This document shows, in pieces, positions 31,029-39,586 of a DNA stretch of 64,000 nt. Source of the DNA: Pelagibacteraceae bacterium (GTDB lineage: Bacteria; Pseudomonadota; Alphaproteobacteria; Pelagibacterales; Pelagibacteraceae); contig JADHRF010000001.1 in assembly GCA_016777565.1 (NCBI GenBank), positions 26,406 through 90,405 of the forward strand, in the 5' to 3' direction. The first letter of the stretch is position 1. Each line of letters begins with the position of its first letter. The position numbers were made by a program, and so were the translations under genes. The notes beneath the pieces are model-generated. The model had not been told where the DNA came from, ran no database searches, and saw only the letters and a list, made by a program, of their open reading frames with translations.

Positions 31029-31831
31029 TGAGACTAAATTCTCCTCGAATGACTGTGATTTATAATGCTTGCATGAAAGCATCCAGATCATTAATTAGAG
31101 ATTTTGGTGAAATTGAAAAACTTCAAGTCTCAACTAAAGGACCGGGTGATTTTGTAACTGCAGCGGATAAAAGAACTGAAAAAATAATTATTGAAGAATT
31201 ATTAAAAGCTCATCCAGATTATGGAATATTAAGTGAAGAAGTTGGTGAAATTAACAAAGAAAATAAAGATCATAGATGGATTATTGACCCTATTGATGGA
31301 ACGCTAAATTTTTTAAATGGAATCCCACACTTTGCAATTTCTATAGGTTACGAGGAAAAAGGAGAGATGGTTTGTGGATTAATATTTGATCCAATTAAAA
31401 ATGAGACTTTTTTTGCTGAAAAAGGTTCTGGAGCTTTTTTTAATAATTCAAGAATAAGAGTTTCAAAAAAAAATAAATTAAAAAATTCAATATTAGTAAC
31501 AGGTGGCCCTAAATTTAGTAGTTTAAAAAAAACTAAAATTTTTGAAGAATATATTAAAATTTCTAATTTAGTGGAGGCGCCTGTTCGAAAATTTGGAAGT
31601 GCCGCTCTTGGAATGAGCTACGTTGCTGCAGGAAGATTTGACGGCTATTGGGAGTGGGAATTAAATTATTGGGATATAGCTGCAGGAATGGTAATTTTAA
31701 GAGAAGCTGGAGGATTAATTGAGTTAATAGAAACTGAAACAAAAAATCCAACAAAGATGAATGTAATTGCTACAAACTCAAGCATTCAAGAAGAGCTCAA
31801 AAAAGCTCTAATAAAAAAAAATATTGAGTAA
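31028..31831 (+). CDS. suhB: Inositol monophosphatase family protein SuhB
   Basis: DFVT..D, SEE, WIIDPIDGT.NF, WDIAAG. Confidence 0.94.
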   Translation: MRLNSPRMTVIYNACMKASRSLIRDFGEIEKLQVSTKGPGDFVTAADKRTEKIIIEELLKAHPDYGILSEEVGEINKENKDHRWIIDPIDGTLNFLNGIPHFAISIGYEEKGEMVCGLIFDPIKNETFFAEKGSGAFFNNSRIRVSKKNKLKNSILVTGGPKFSSLKKTKIFEEYIKISNLVEAPVRKFGSAALGMSYVAAGRFDGYWEWELNYWDIAAGMVILREAGGLIELIETETKNPTKMNVIATNSSIQEELKKALIKKNIE

Positions 31832-31859
31832 ATTAATCTTATAAGATAAAAGACCATCC

Positions 31860-32084
31860 ATGAAAAAAGAAATACATCCAAATTATCACAAAATTAAAGT
31901 CGTAATGACTGATGGAAGTGAATTTGAAACAAGGTCTACTTGGGGTAAAGAAAATGATGTCATGAAGCTCGATATTGATCCAAAATCTCACTCTGCATGG
32001 ACTGGTGGTGCACAAAAAATTTTAGATAAAGGACGTGTAAGTAAATATAATAAAAAATTCGCTGATCTCCGTAATAAAAAATAA
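31860..32084 (+). CDS. rpmE: 50S ribosomal protein L31 (no Zn-binding Cys)
   Basis: [26 protein letters not shown]. Confidence 0.96.
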   Translation: MKKEIHPNYHKIKVVMTDGSEFETRSTWGKENDVMKLDIDPKSHSAWTGGAQKILDKGRVSKYNKKFADLRNKK

Positions 32085-32088
32085 ATTT

Positions 32089-32688
32089 ATGTCTGAAACT
32101 CCTTTTATGCCAAAAGCTACAGCTGTTTGGCTTGTAGAAAATACTACACTTACTTTTAAACAAATTGCTAATTTTTGTAATTTGCATGAATTAGAAATTA
32201 AAGGAATTGCAGACGGAGATGTAGCTAAAGGTATTAAGGCTTATAATCCGATACTTGCAGGACAGCTATCAAGAGAAGAAATAGATGTTTGTTCAAAAAA
32301 CCCGCAAAGAAGTTTGAAATTAGTTGAACGTGCTGAAGAGGTTCAAGTCAAAGAAAGAAAGAAACCAAAATATACCCCTCTTTCAAAAAGACAAGATAGA
32401 CCTGATGCAGCTTTATGGCTTTTAAAAAATTATCCAGAATTTACGGATGGTCAAATTTCAAAATTAGTGGGCAGTACTAAAGGCACTGTTTCATTAATTA
32501 GAAAAAGAAGTTATTGGAATTTCTCAAATTTAAAAGCTAAAGATCCAGTGATATTAGGTTTATGTCCTCAAGAAGTATTTGAAAAATCTTTAGAAAAAGC
32601 AAATCGAAGGATTGAAAGAGAGAGAAAAGCTAAAATTAAAGAAGAAAAATTGAAAGCTTCCGAACAAGCTACCACAGAAAATTCATAA
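32089..32688 (+). CDS. trcR: DUF1013 protein / transcription factor TrcR
   Basis: MPKATAVWLVENT.LTF.QIA.FC.LH.LE, YTPLSKRQDRPDA..W, DPV.LGLC. Confidence 0.9.
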   Translation: MSETPFMPKATAVWLVENTTLTFKQIANFCNLHELEIKGIADGDVAKGIKAYNPILAGQLSREEIDVCSKNPQRSLKLVERAEEVQVKERKKPKYTPLSKRQDRPDAALWLLKNYPEFTDGQISKLVGSTKGTVSLIRKRSYWNFSNLKAKDPVILGLCPQEVFEKSLEKANRRIERERKAKIKEEKLKASEQATTENS

Positions 32689-32717
32689 AAAAGTATCAAA
32701 ACTAATATACTTCAAAC

Positions 32718-32746
32718 TAGACAATCTATACTTAAGATGCTACGTA
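32718..32746 (+). promoter_or_regulatory. Candidate sigma-70 promoter of rpsU, overlapped by an inverted repeat
   Basis: TAGACA-N17-TACGTA; inverted repeat at 32732-32756. Confidence 0.4.
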
Positions 32747-32773
32747 GCGATCTTAATTTAACAGGAGAATTTT

Positions 32774-32968
32774 ATTAAAATAGAAGTTAAAGATAATAAC
32801 GTTGAACAAGCTTTAAGAGTTTTAAAAAGAAAACTTCAAAAAGAAGGTTTTTTTAAAGTTGTAAAAATGAAAAGTACTTATGAAAAACCCTCTGAAAGAA
32901 AAAAAAGACTCACTGAAGAAAATTTAAAAAGAGTTAAAAAACTTCAAAAGCTTAAAAATCGAATTTAG
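32774..32968 (+). CDS. rpsU: 30S ribosomal protein S21 with non-canonical ATT start
   Basis: Not in ORF track. (M)KIEVKDNNVEQALRVLKRKLQKEGFFKVVKMKSTYEKPSERKKR...; AGGAG at 32763-32767, 6 nt before ATT; in-frame TAA at 32759. Confidence 0.93.
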   Translation: MKIEVKDNNVEQALRVLKRKLQKEGFFKVVKMKSTYEKPSERKKRLTEENLKRVKKLQKLKNRI

Positions 32969-32993
32969 CTTTATTTAAAATTAAAGGGTTTAT

Positions 32994-33197
32994 ATGCCGA
33001 AAGGTAAAGTTAAGTGGTTTAATTCCAAAAAAGGGTATGGATTTATCGTAGAAGATGAAACTGATAAAGATATTTTCTTACATGTTTCTGCTTTAGAAGA
33101 ATCTAAATTGAAAACTTTAAAAGAAGAACAATCACTTGAATTTGAAATAAAAGAGGAAAATAATAAACTTCAAGCAATAAACTTAAAAAAAATTTAA
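32994..33197 (+). CDS. Cold-shock protein (CspA family)
   Basis: GKVKWFNSKKGYGFI, DIFLHVSAL. Confidence 0.95.
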   Translation: MPKGKVKWFNSKKGYGFIVEDETDKDIFLHVSALEESKLKTLKEEQSLEFEIKEENNKLQAINLKKI

Positions 33198-33205
33198 GTT
33201 TTTAC

Positions 33206-33282
<77 letters not shown>

Positions 33283-33290
33283 AAAAATTT

Positions 33291-35108
33291 ATGACAAAAG
33301 ATATTAGAAACATCACAATAATTGCTCACGTTGATCACGGGAAGACTACATTGATTGATACTTTAATGAAACAAAGTGGTTCGTTTAGAGAAAATCAGGT
33401 TGTTGAAGAAAGAGTAATGGATTCTGGTGAACTTGAAAAGGAAAGAGGAATAACAATTTTGGCCAAACCAACTTCAATCAATTGGAAGGGTTCAAGAGTA
33501 AATATAATTGACACTCCTGGCCATAGAGATTTTGCTGCAGAAGTAGAGAGGGTTTTACATATGGCAGACGGTGCTTTGTTGTTAATAGATTCAGCTGAAG
33601 GTGTGATGCCTCAAACAAAATTTGTTTTGTCAAAAGCATTAAAACAAGGATTAAAACCAATAGTCATAATTAATAAATTAGATAAAGCAGATCAAAGAGC
33701 TAGTGAGGTGTTAGATGAAACATTTGATTTATTTGTTAGCCTTGATGCGAATGAACAACAATTAGATTTTCCAGTACTCTATGCGAGTGGTCGTTCGGGA
33801 TGGGCCACAAAAGAAATAGATGGTCCAAGAGAAAATTTACACCCATTGTTAGATCTAATAATAGATCATGTTGAGTCAGCAAAGTTAGATAAAACTAAGC
33901 CTTTTGCGATGCTATCTACACTGTTATATGCTGATAGTTTTTTAGGAAGAAGTTTGGTGGGTAGAATAAATCAAGGAACAGCTAGAGCTAATCAACAAAT
34001 AAAAGCTATAAATCTTAAGGGTGAAAAAGTTGATGAAGGAAGATTAACTAAAATTTTTAGGTATGAAGGAACTAAAAAAGTTCCAATTGAAATAGGTGAA
34101 GCAGGAGATATTGTTATAATTGCCGGTTTAGAGAGAGCAAATGTAGCAGACACTATATGTGATTTAGAAATAAACGATCCAATTAGTGCAACTCCTATTG
34201 ACCCTCCGACAATGTCTATAACTGTTACAGTGAATAGCTCTCCATTAGCTGGAACTGAGGGCAAAAAATTAACAAGTACTCAAATTAGAGACCGCCTAAT
34301 GCTTGAGGCTGAGAATAACGTAGGAATTACATTTGGAGAAAATATAAACAAAGATGCATTTGTTATAAGCGGAAGAGGTGAACTAATGTTAGAAATTTTA
34401 CTTACGCAAATGAGGCGTGAAGGATTTGAAATGACTGTAAGTCCCCCAAAAGTTTTATTTCAAAAAGATAGTAATGGAAAAAAATTAGAACCAATTGAAG
34501 AAATTACAATGGATTTAGATGAAGAATATTCATCAAAAGTTATAGACTCTATGAACAGAAGAAAAGGTAAATTAATAGATCTTAAAGATACAGGTAAAGA
34601 TAAAAAACGTTTAATTTTTCATGCTCCTACTCGAGGTTTAATGGGTTACACAAGTAGATTTTTAACTTTAACTAAAGGCACTGGAGTAATTAATAGAATA
34701 TTCCATTCTTATGGGGAGTATACTGGAGATATGGAAGGCAGAAGAAACGGGGCCTTAATATCAATGGAAAATGGAAAAGCAGTAGCTTTTGCTTTATTTA
34801 ATCTTCAAGCAAGAGGAGAAATGTTCGTTACCCATAATGATCCAGTTTATGAAGGTATGATTGTAGGACTAGCATCAAAAAGTGGAGACTTAGAAATAAA
34901 TGTGATGAAGGGGAAAAAACTTACAAATATGAGAACACAAGGTACAGATGAAAATGTAGTATTAACACCTGTTAGAAAAATGGCTATTGCAGAAATGCTT
35001 AGTATGTTAAATACTGATGAGGCACTAGAAATAACACCATTATCCTGTAGGCTTAGAAAAGCAATATTAGATCCACACGCTAGAAAAAGACAATCAAAAG
35101 CTTCCTAA
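33291..35108 (+). CDS. typA: Translational GTPase TypA/BipA
   Basis: AHVDHGKTT, ERGITI, DTPGH, NKLD, GRGEL, KKLTNMR. Confidence 0.97.
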   Translation: MTKDIRNITIIAHVDHGKTTLIDTLMKQSGSFRENQVVEERVMDSGELEKERGITILAKPTSINWKGSRVNIIDTPGHRDFAAEVERVLHMADGALLLIDSAEGVMPQTKFVLSKALKQGLKPIVIINKLDKADQRASEVLDETFDLFVSLDANEQQLDFPVLYASGRSGWATKEIDGPRENLHPLLDLIIDHVESAKLDKTKPFAMLSTLLYADSFLGRSLVGRINQGTARANQQIKAINLKGEKVDEGRLTKIFRYEGTKKVPIEIGEAGDIVIIAGLERANVADTICDLEINDPISATPIDPPTMSITVTVNSSPLAGTEGKKLTSTQIRDRLMLEAENNVGITFGENINKDAFVISGRGELMLEILLTQMRREGFEMTVSPPKVLFQKDSNGKKLEPIEEITMDLDEEYSSKVIDSMNRRKGKLIDLKDTGKDKKRLIFHAPTRGLMGYTSRFLTLTKGTGVINRIFHSYGEYTGDMEGRRNGALISMENGKAVAFALFNLQARGEMFVTHNDPVYEGMIVGLASKSGDLEINVMKGKKLTNMRTQGTDENVVLTPVRKMAIAEMLSMLNTDEALEITPLSCRLRKAILDPHARKRQSKAS

Positions 35109-35803
35109 AGTTTAAACTGAGATTTTTTACTATCAGATAAAAACCCTTTGACAGTTTCAAGTGTTAACTGATCAACATTTTTTCCAAAAGAAGATATTTG
35201 ATGAATTATCTTTGGAGGCATTGTTATAATTTGACAGCCCAATTGTTTTGCTTGAATAAAATTATAAGCCTCTCTAGTACTTGCCCATAAAATCTCGATA
35301 TTTTTATACTTTAGAGTTTTTGAAAGACTTTTTTTAAATATTGGAAGAGGGTCTTTACCTTTATCTGCCATTCTACCTGCAAAAATTGAAATGATAGATT
35401 TTGTTTTTTTATCTAAACAATTAAAAATTTTGCTCACTTGCTCAAATGAATAAACTGCTGTTATATTTAGTTTTATTCCTTTTGAACTTAATTCTTTAAT
35501 AACTGAGCCCATAAATTGATTTTTTGAATTCACAACTGGTATTTTAACATAAACATTTTTTCCCCAATGATTAATCTTATAGGCTTGCTTAAGTATTTCT
35601 TTATGATCGTCAGCAAAAACTTCAAATGAAATAGGTTTTTTTTTACAAATTTTTAAAATTTTTAAAGAATACTCTTTGTAGTTTCGTGCTCCAGACAGCC
35701 TCATTAAACTTGGATTTGTAGTAAAACCATTAACAATAGATTTATTATTAAAAAATTTTATAGTTTTATAATCAGCGCTATCACAAAATATTTTTGTTTT
35801 CAT
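35105..35803 (-). CDS. Transaldolase-family protein (glycan-cluster type)
   Basis: FCDSA, TTNPSL, SFEVF, VYVKIP (Schiff-base Lys), NITA, SIFAGRMAD, LWASTR. Confidence 0.9.
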   Translation of the reverse strand: MKTKIFCDSADYKTIKFFNNKSIVNGFTTNPSLMRLSGARNYKEYSLKILKICKKKPISFEVFADDHKEILKQAYKINHWGKNVYVKIPVVNSKNQFMGSVIKELSSKGIKLNITAVYSFEQVSKIFNCLDKKTKSIISIFAGRMADKGKDPLPIFKKSLSKTLKYKNIEILWASTREAYNFIQAKQLGCQIITMPPKIIHQISSFGKNVDQLTLETVKGFLSDSKKSQFKL

Positions 35804-35834
35804 AATTAAAAAATTAATCCTATATTAATAAAAA

Positions 35835-37196
35835 TTAAATGTCACCATTTTTAAAAAACATATTTAAATTTTTTGGTTTATTACCAAGATGAATTAAATT
35901 TTTTTTTTTTGATAAAGAATAAGTAAAGATATTATTATTAATTTTTTTAACTATTATACTCTCCCAAAAATAATTTGAGTAAAAATCTAATATTGGTACT
36001 TCAGCTATTTGAATTACTTTGCAACCTCTTTCTAACGCTTCAATTATTGAACCAGAACTACCAATAAATATAGAAAAATTTTTAAATTTTGATTTTTTGA
36101 AAGAATGTCTGTTATATTTTTTTTTTAAACCGTCAATTTTTAATTTAAGATTTCTGTGTATACTTGAGTTTTCTGCTGCGGGGTGGTTTCTTATTTTATA
36201 TTGATTTATATCTAATTTTAAATTTACTATTAAATATTCTAAATTTTTTAAAATTTCTTTTATAGATTTGATTGAAATAGGAAAAAATATTTGTTTAGAA
36301 AAATTTTTTTTAATATTTAAGAATCTGGTTGAAGGTATTATCTTAATTTCTTTTTTATTCCACCCAAGCTTGGTAAAGCATCTTTTTTGATCAATTCCAT
36401 TAACAAATATTTTTGTTGGAGAATATTTTTTCTTAACAAAATTAGTAGGTAATGCTAAAGGCGGTGAGTGTATGTATCCCAAAGTTTTTATTTTTTTACT
36501 TTTAAGAAATTGAATTATTGTATTTTGAAAAGGCTGTGCTTCGTAAGTAAATAGAACAGATTTTGTAGATTTATTTACTATTTGTTTACACATTTTTAAA
36601 ATTTTTTTTGATAAAAAATTATGGCTAGAAATAGAAAATAAAAAATATTGCTGGTCGAAAATTAAATATTTCAGATTAGAAATTAGTATTTTTAACATTA
36701 AAAGAAGATTGATTTTTTTTCGATTTGCTAGATGTATTAAAGTTACATTATTGTCAATTTTTGAAGGTAGATGTTGGTCTAAAAATAATACAACCCAATG
36801 AGCATTCGGTGACTGTCTAGAGTTTATATTGAAATAATTATCCTGTAGAGATCCATTCTTTTTAAAATTTTTTTTGTAGCCCCATGTAAATATAATTTTA
36901 TTAAACAAAATTTTTTTATTATTATTTATCAATTTAATTTCATTATAATTTGAGGAATAAATGAAATCTTTTAAAATACTAAATAAAGAAGTGAAAATAT
37001 TATTTTTTACTCCTAACAATTTTTTAATAAAACCAAGTCCTTGACCGTTATAATATGAAGCAAAATAAGTTGAGGTGTCATAATCCGGTTTGTATGTTTT
37101 TGAATTGTAAGAAATTAATTTTTTTTTTATTTTTTCAATTAAAATTTTATACTCAAAGTAATAATATTTATTTTTATTTAAATTATTTTTTTTCAT
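35835..37196 (-). CDS. Hypothetical protein, putative GT-B-like ulosonate transferase
   Basis: YE.QPFQ, GYIH, KIRNHP, GSSGSIIEALERG resemble HP and S(S/T) motifs of CMP-sugar transferases (inference). Confidence 0.45.
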   Translation of the reverse strand: MKKNNLNKNKYYYFEYKILIEKIKKKLISYNSKTYKPDYDTSTYFASYYNGQGLGFIKKLLGVKNNIFTSLFSILKDFIYSSNYNEIKLINNNKKILFNKIIFTWGYKKNFKKNGSLQDNYFNINSRQSPNAHWVVLFLDQHLPSKIDNNVTLIHLANRKKINLLLMLKILISNLKYLIFDQQYFLFSISSHNFLSKKILKMCKQIVNKSTKSVLFTYEAQPFQNTIIQFLKSKKIKTLGYIHSPPLALPTNFVKKKYSPTKIFVNGIDQKRCFTKLGWNKKEIKIIPSTRFLNIKKNFSKQIFFPISIKSIKEILKNLEYLIVNLKLDINQYKIRNHPAAENSSIHRNLKLKIDGLKKKYNRHSFKKSKFKNFSIFIGSSGSIIEALERGCKVIQIAEVPILDFYSNYFWESIIVKKINNNIFTYSLSKKKNLIHLGNKPKNLNMFFKNGDI

Positions 37197-37223
37197 AGAA
37201 TTCAGAGTCTTTTTTAACTCTTC

Positions 37224-37252
37224 ATTTTAGGTACAATAAAATTTTTTGGCAA
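37224..37252 (-). promoter_or_regulatory. Internal sigma-70 promoter for the hypothetical and transaldolase genes
   Basis: Minus strand TTGCCA-aaaaattttattgtacc(17)-TAAAAT. Confidence 0.55.
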
Positions 37253-37261
37253 AACAAGTAA

Positions 37262-37957
37262 TTACTCCCCACCGGAAATATTGATTACTTCATTGTTAAT
37301 AAAATTATTTTTATTTATTAAGTAGAATATAAAATCCGAAATTTCTTTGGCAGTTGCCATTTTTTTGGTAGGTATTAAATTTACTCGTTTAATTAAATCT
37401 TTTTTCTTTATTTTTTTGTGTAATTTCGTATTAACCACGCCTATCCTTAAACAATTATATAAAATATTTCTATCTGACATTTTTTTCAAATAAGCCGGAA
37501 TAAATTCATTCATGTGTTTGCTTAGAGAATATAAATAAGTTGTTTTGCCACCACCAAATTTTACGCCAATGCTAGAGGTATTAATAATTCTTCCGTAATT
37601 TTTCTTTTTCATTTTATTTAATGATTTTCTAATTATCAAGATTGGAACTAAAGTGTTTGCGCTTATTGTTTTGTAAAATTCTCTAATATTAAATTTTTCA
37701 AATGACTGGTTGCTAATATAACCAACTAAATTAATGATTATATCGTAATCGTTGTCAAATTTTTTTAGTATCTTGCTATGATTTGAATTTGATAAATCAG
37801 ATTTAATAAAATTACATCTTAATTTAAGATTTTTAAAAATTCTAGAGTTAGAATGATGGTGTAAAGTTAAATCATATGTTTTACTATTTAAGAAATTTTT
37901 TGCTACTTCTAGACCAATGTCTGAACTTCCACCAAGTATTAGTATTTTTTTTTTCAC
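37262..37957 (-). CDS. Short-chain dehydrogenase/reductase
   Basis: ILGGSSDIG, NTSSIG, catalytic YSLSK. Confidence 0.88.
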   Translation of the reverse strand: MKKKILILGGSSDIGLEVAKNFLNSKTYDLTLHHHSNSRIFKNLKLRCNFIKSDLSNSNHSKILKKFDNDYDIIINLVGYISNQSFEKFNIREFYKTISANTLVPILIIRKSLNKMKKKNYGRIINTSSIGVKFGGGKTTYLYSLSKHMNEFIPAYLKKMSDRNILYNCLRIGVVNTKLHKKIKKKDLIKRVNLIPTKKMATAKEISDFIFYLINKNNFINNEVINISGGE

Positions 37958-37959
37958 AG

Positions 37960-38841
37960 CTAATTAAAATATATTGAATTCTTTTCACCCATCATTGTTC
38001 CGTCAACATCACAAATGCTGCATGGTGAAAAATTTCTGTTTGAATTATTTAGCATTTTTCTGATAGACATTGATTTTTTACTAAACCAGATATCTAATAG
38101 TTTATTTTGGTTTAAATTGCCCAATATTAATTTCTTACCCCAGTCGTGTGGGCACATCAATACATCCCCTTGGTAATCTAAAAAAAAGGTATATGCAGGT
38201 ATATAACATGGTTTTTTAAGAGGTTCTTTGAGTGACTCTATCTTAAATTCAGCTTCTTCCATCAAGCCAGATCTATTGCTTAGTGTAATTCCAAAATCTT
38301 TTTCTTTAGAATAGTATCTGTGTCTAACTATATATTGTTGTGCGTTTAAATTAGCTTCTAAACATAAGTCTTCTAATTTTTGAGCTTCTATTTTTCCATC
38401 ATACGCACTTATTAATATTCTATTTAAACCATTTTTAAATAGTTTATTTAATCTTTCAAGATTCAGTGGGTCGCCATTAGTTACCATTTCTATATTAGAA
38501 TGAGGTAGATATTTTCTAGTCATATTAATTAATTTAAATATATTTTTATCTAATAAAGGTTCCACAAAACCACTATACCTAATTGTTCCTTTATAATTAA
38601 ATTCCTTAAGTTCAGAGCAAAGTTTTTCATGTAATAAATTGCTAATGAATTCTTTTTTATCTTCAAATTGAGGGGCGCTACGAGGACAAAAAGAACATTT
38701 CCTATTACATGTCCCAGACTCACTAATCTCAATTTCTGTAGGTAATGGAAGCATTATGCCCTGATATTCAAAAAGTTGAATCTTATCTTCGACAGTTTTT
38801 GACTTATTTTTAATATTTGGATCTATAAATTTTCTACCCAT
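37960..38841 (-). CDS. Radical SAM enzyme with SPASM/Twitch domain
   Basis: CNRKCSFC, GFVEP, TNG; C-terminal C-x17-C...CxxC. Confidence 0.92.
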   Translation of the reverse strand: MGRKFIDPNIKNKSKTVEDKIQLFEYQGIMLPLPTEIEISESGTCNRKCSFCPRSAPQFEDKKEFISNLLHEKLCSELKEFNYKGTIRYSGFVEPLLDKNIFKLINMTRKYLPHSNIEMVTNGDPLNLERLNKLFKNGLNRILISAYDGKIEAQKLEDLCLEANLNAQQYIVRHRYYSKEKDFGITLSNRSGLMEEAEFKIESLKEPLKKPCYIPAYTFFLDYQGDVLMCPHDWGKKLILGNLNQNKLLDIWFSKKSMSIRKMLNNSNRNFSPCSICDVDGTMMGEKNSIYFN

Positions 38842-39586
38842 ATACTTTTTTTCTCTTTTGTTTAATAATCTTTTCAGCTTTTTTTACATCAGCTATTTCA
38901 TCAACAGCAACTGAATTTGAATTTAATTTAATCATTTTAATTTTAATCCCTAGATCAAAAAATCTAAGTATTTCAATATCTTCCATTTCTTCTATCTCAC
39001 TTTTTTTTTTTAAAAAATAAAATTTTTTAAGTTCACTTTTGTTAAACGCATAAATGCAAACTTGCTTAAAATAATTTTTATTTTTAATAGTTTTTTTTGA
39101 TCCAGGAATTAAAGATCGAGAAATATAAATTAATTCTTTTTTTGAATTAACTACAACTTTGGGTAGGTTTAAACTTTTAGGGTCTTGCAATTTATGAATT
39201 TTATCGTAGCCACAAATGACATGGTTAGGAAATTTTTTTTTCGCTATAATAATAGCTTTGATGTCTTTTGGATTAACTAGTGGTTCATCGCCCTGAACGT
39301 TAATATATATTTTAGCATTTATTTTTTTTGCTGCTTCCGCAACTCTGTCTGTGCCAGTTAGGCAACTACTTGATGTAAAAACTGATTTGTAGTTTGATTT
39401 TTCTACAGTGCTAGCGATTTTTTTACTATCTGTTGCTATATATACATTAGGTCTACCTATAGTTTTTTTACAAACATCTGCTACTCTTAAAACTAATTCT
39501 CTTCCCAAAATTTTTACTAATGGTTTACCTCTGTATCTACTTGAACCATATCTTGCAGGGATCACGATGACGGTGTCATTTTTCAT
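38834..39586 (-). CDS. KdsB-like (CMP-Kdo synthetase family) cytidylyltransferase
   Basis: IPARYGSSRY.GKPL, TGTDRVAE, NVQGDEP, AVD..D; sugar-pocket motifs are variant. Confidence 0.88.
   Translation of the reverse strand: MKNDTVIVIPARYGSSRYRGKPLVKILGRELVLRVADVCKKTIGRPNVYIATDSKKIASTVEKSNYKSVFTSSSCLTGTDRVAEAAKKINAKIYINVQGDEPLVNPKDIKAIIIAKKKFPNHVICGYDKIHKLQDPKSLNLPKVVVNSKKELIYISRSLIPGSKKTIKNKNYFKQVCIYAFNKSELKKFYFLKKKSEIEEMEDIEILRFFDLGIKIKMIKLNSNSVAVDEIADVKKAEKIIKQKRKKVYG

Noticed and set aside
31860-32084. Zn-free L31 (and L36 at 42523-42648) as a zinc-starvation adaptation
   Set aside because: Cys-less forms are the norm in alphaproteobacteria
39001-39011. Long A/T homopolymers in island genes as phase-variation tracts
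   Set aside because: Such runs occur throughout this AT-rich sequence, frames are intact, and there are no long poly-G/C tracts
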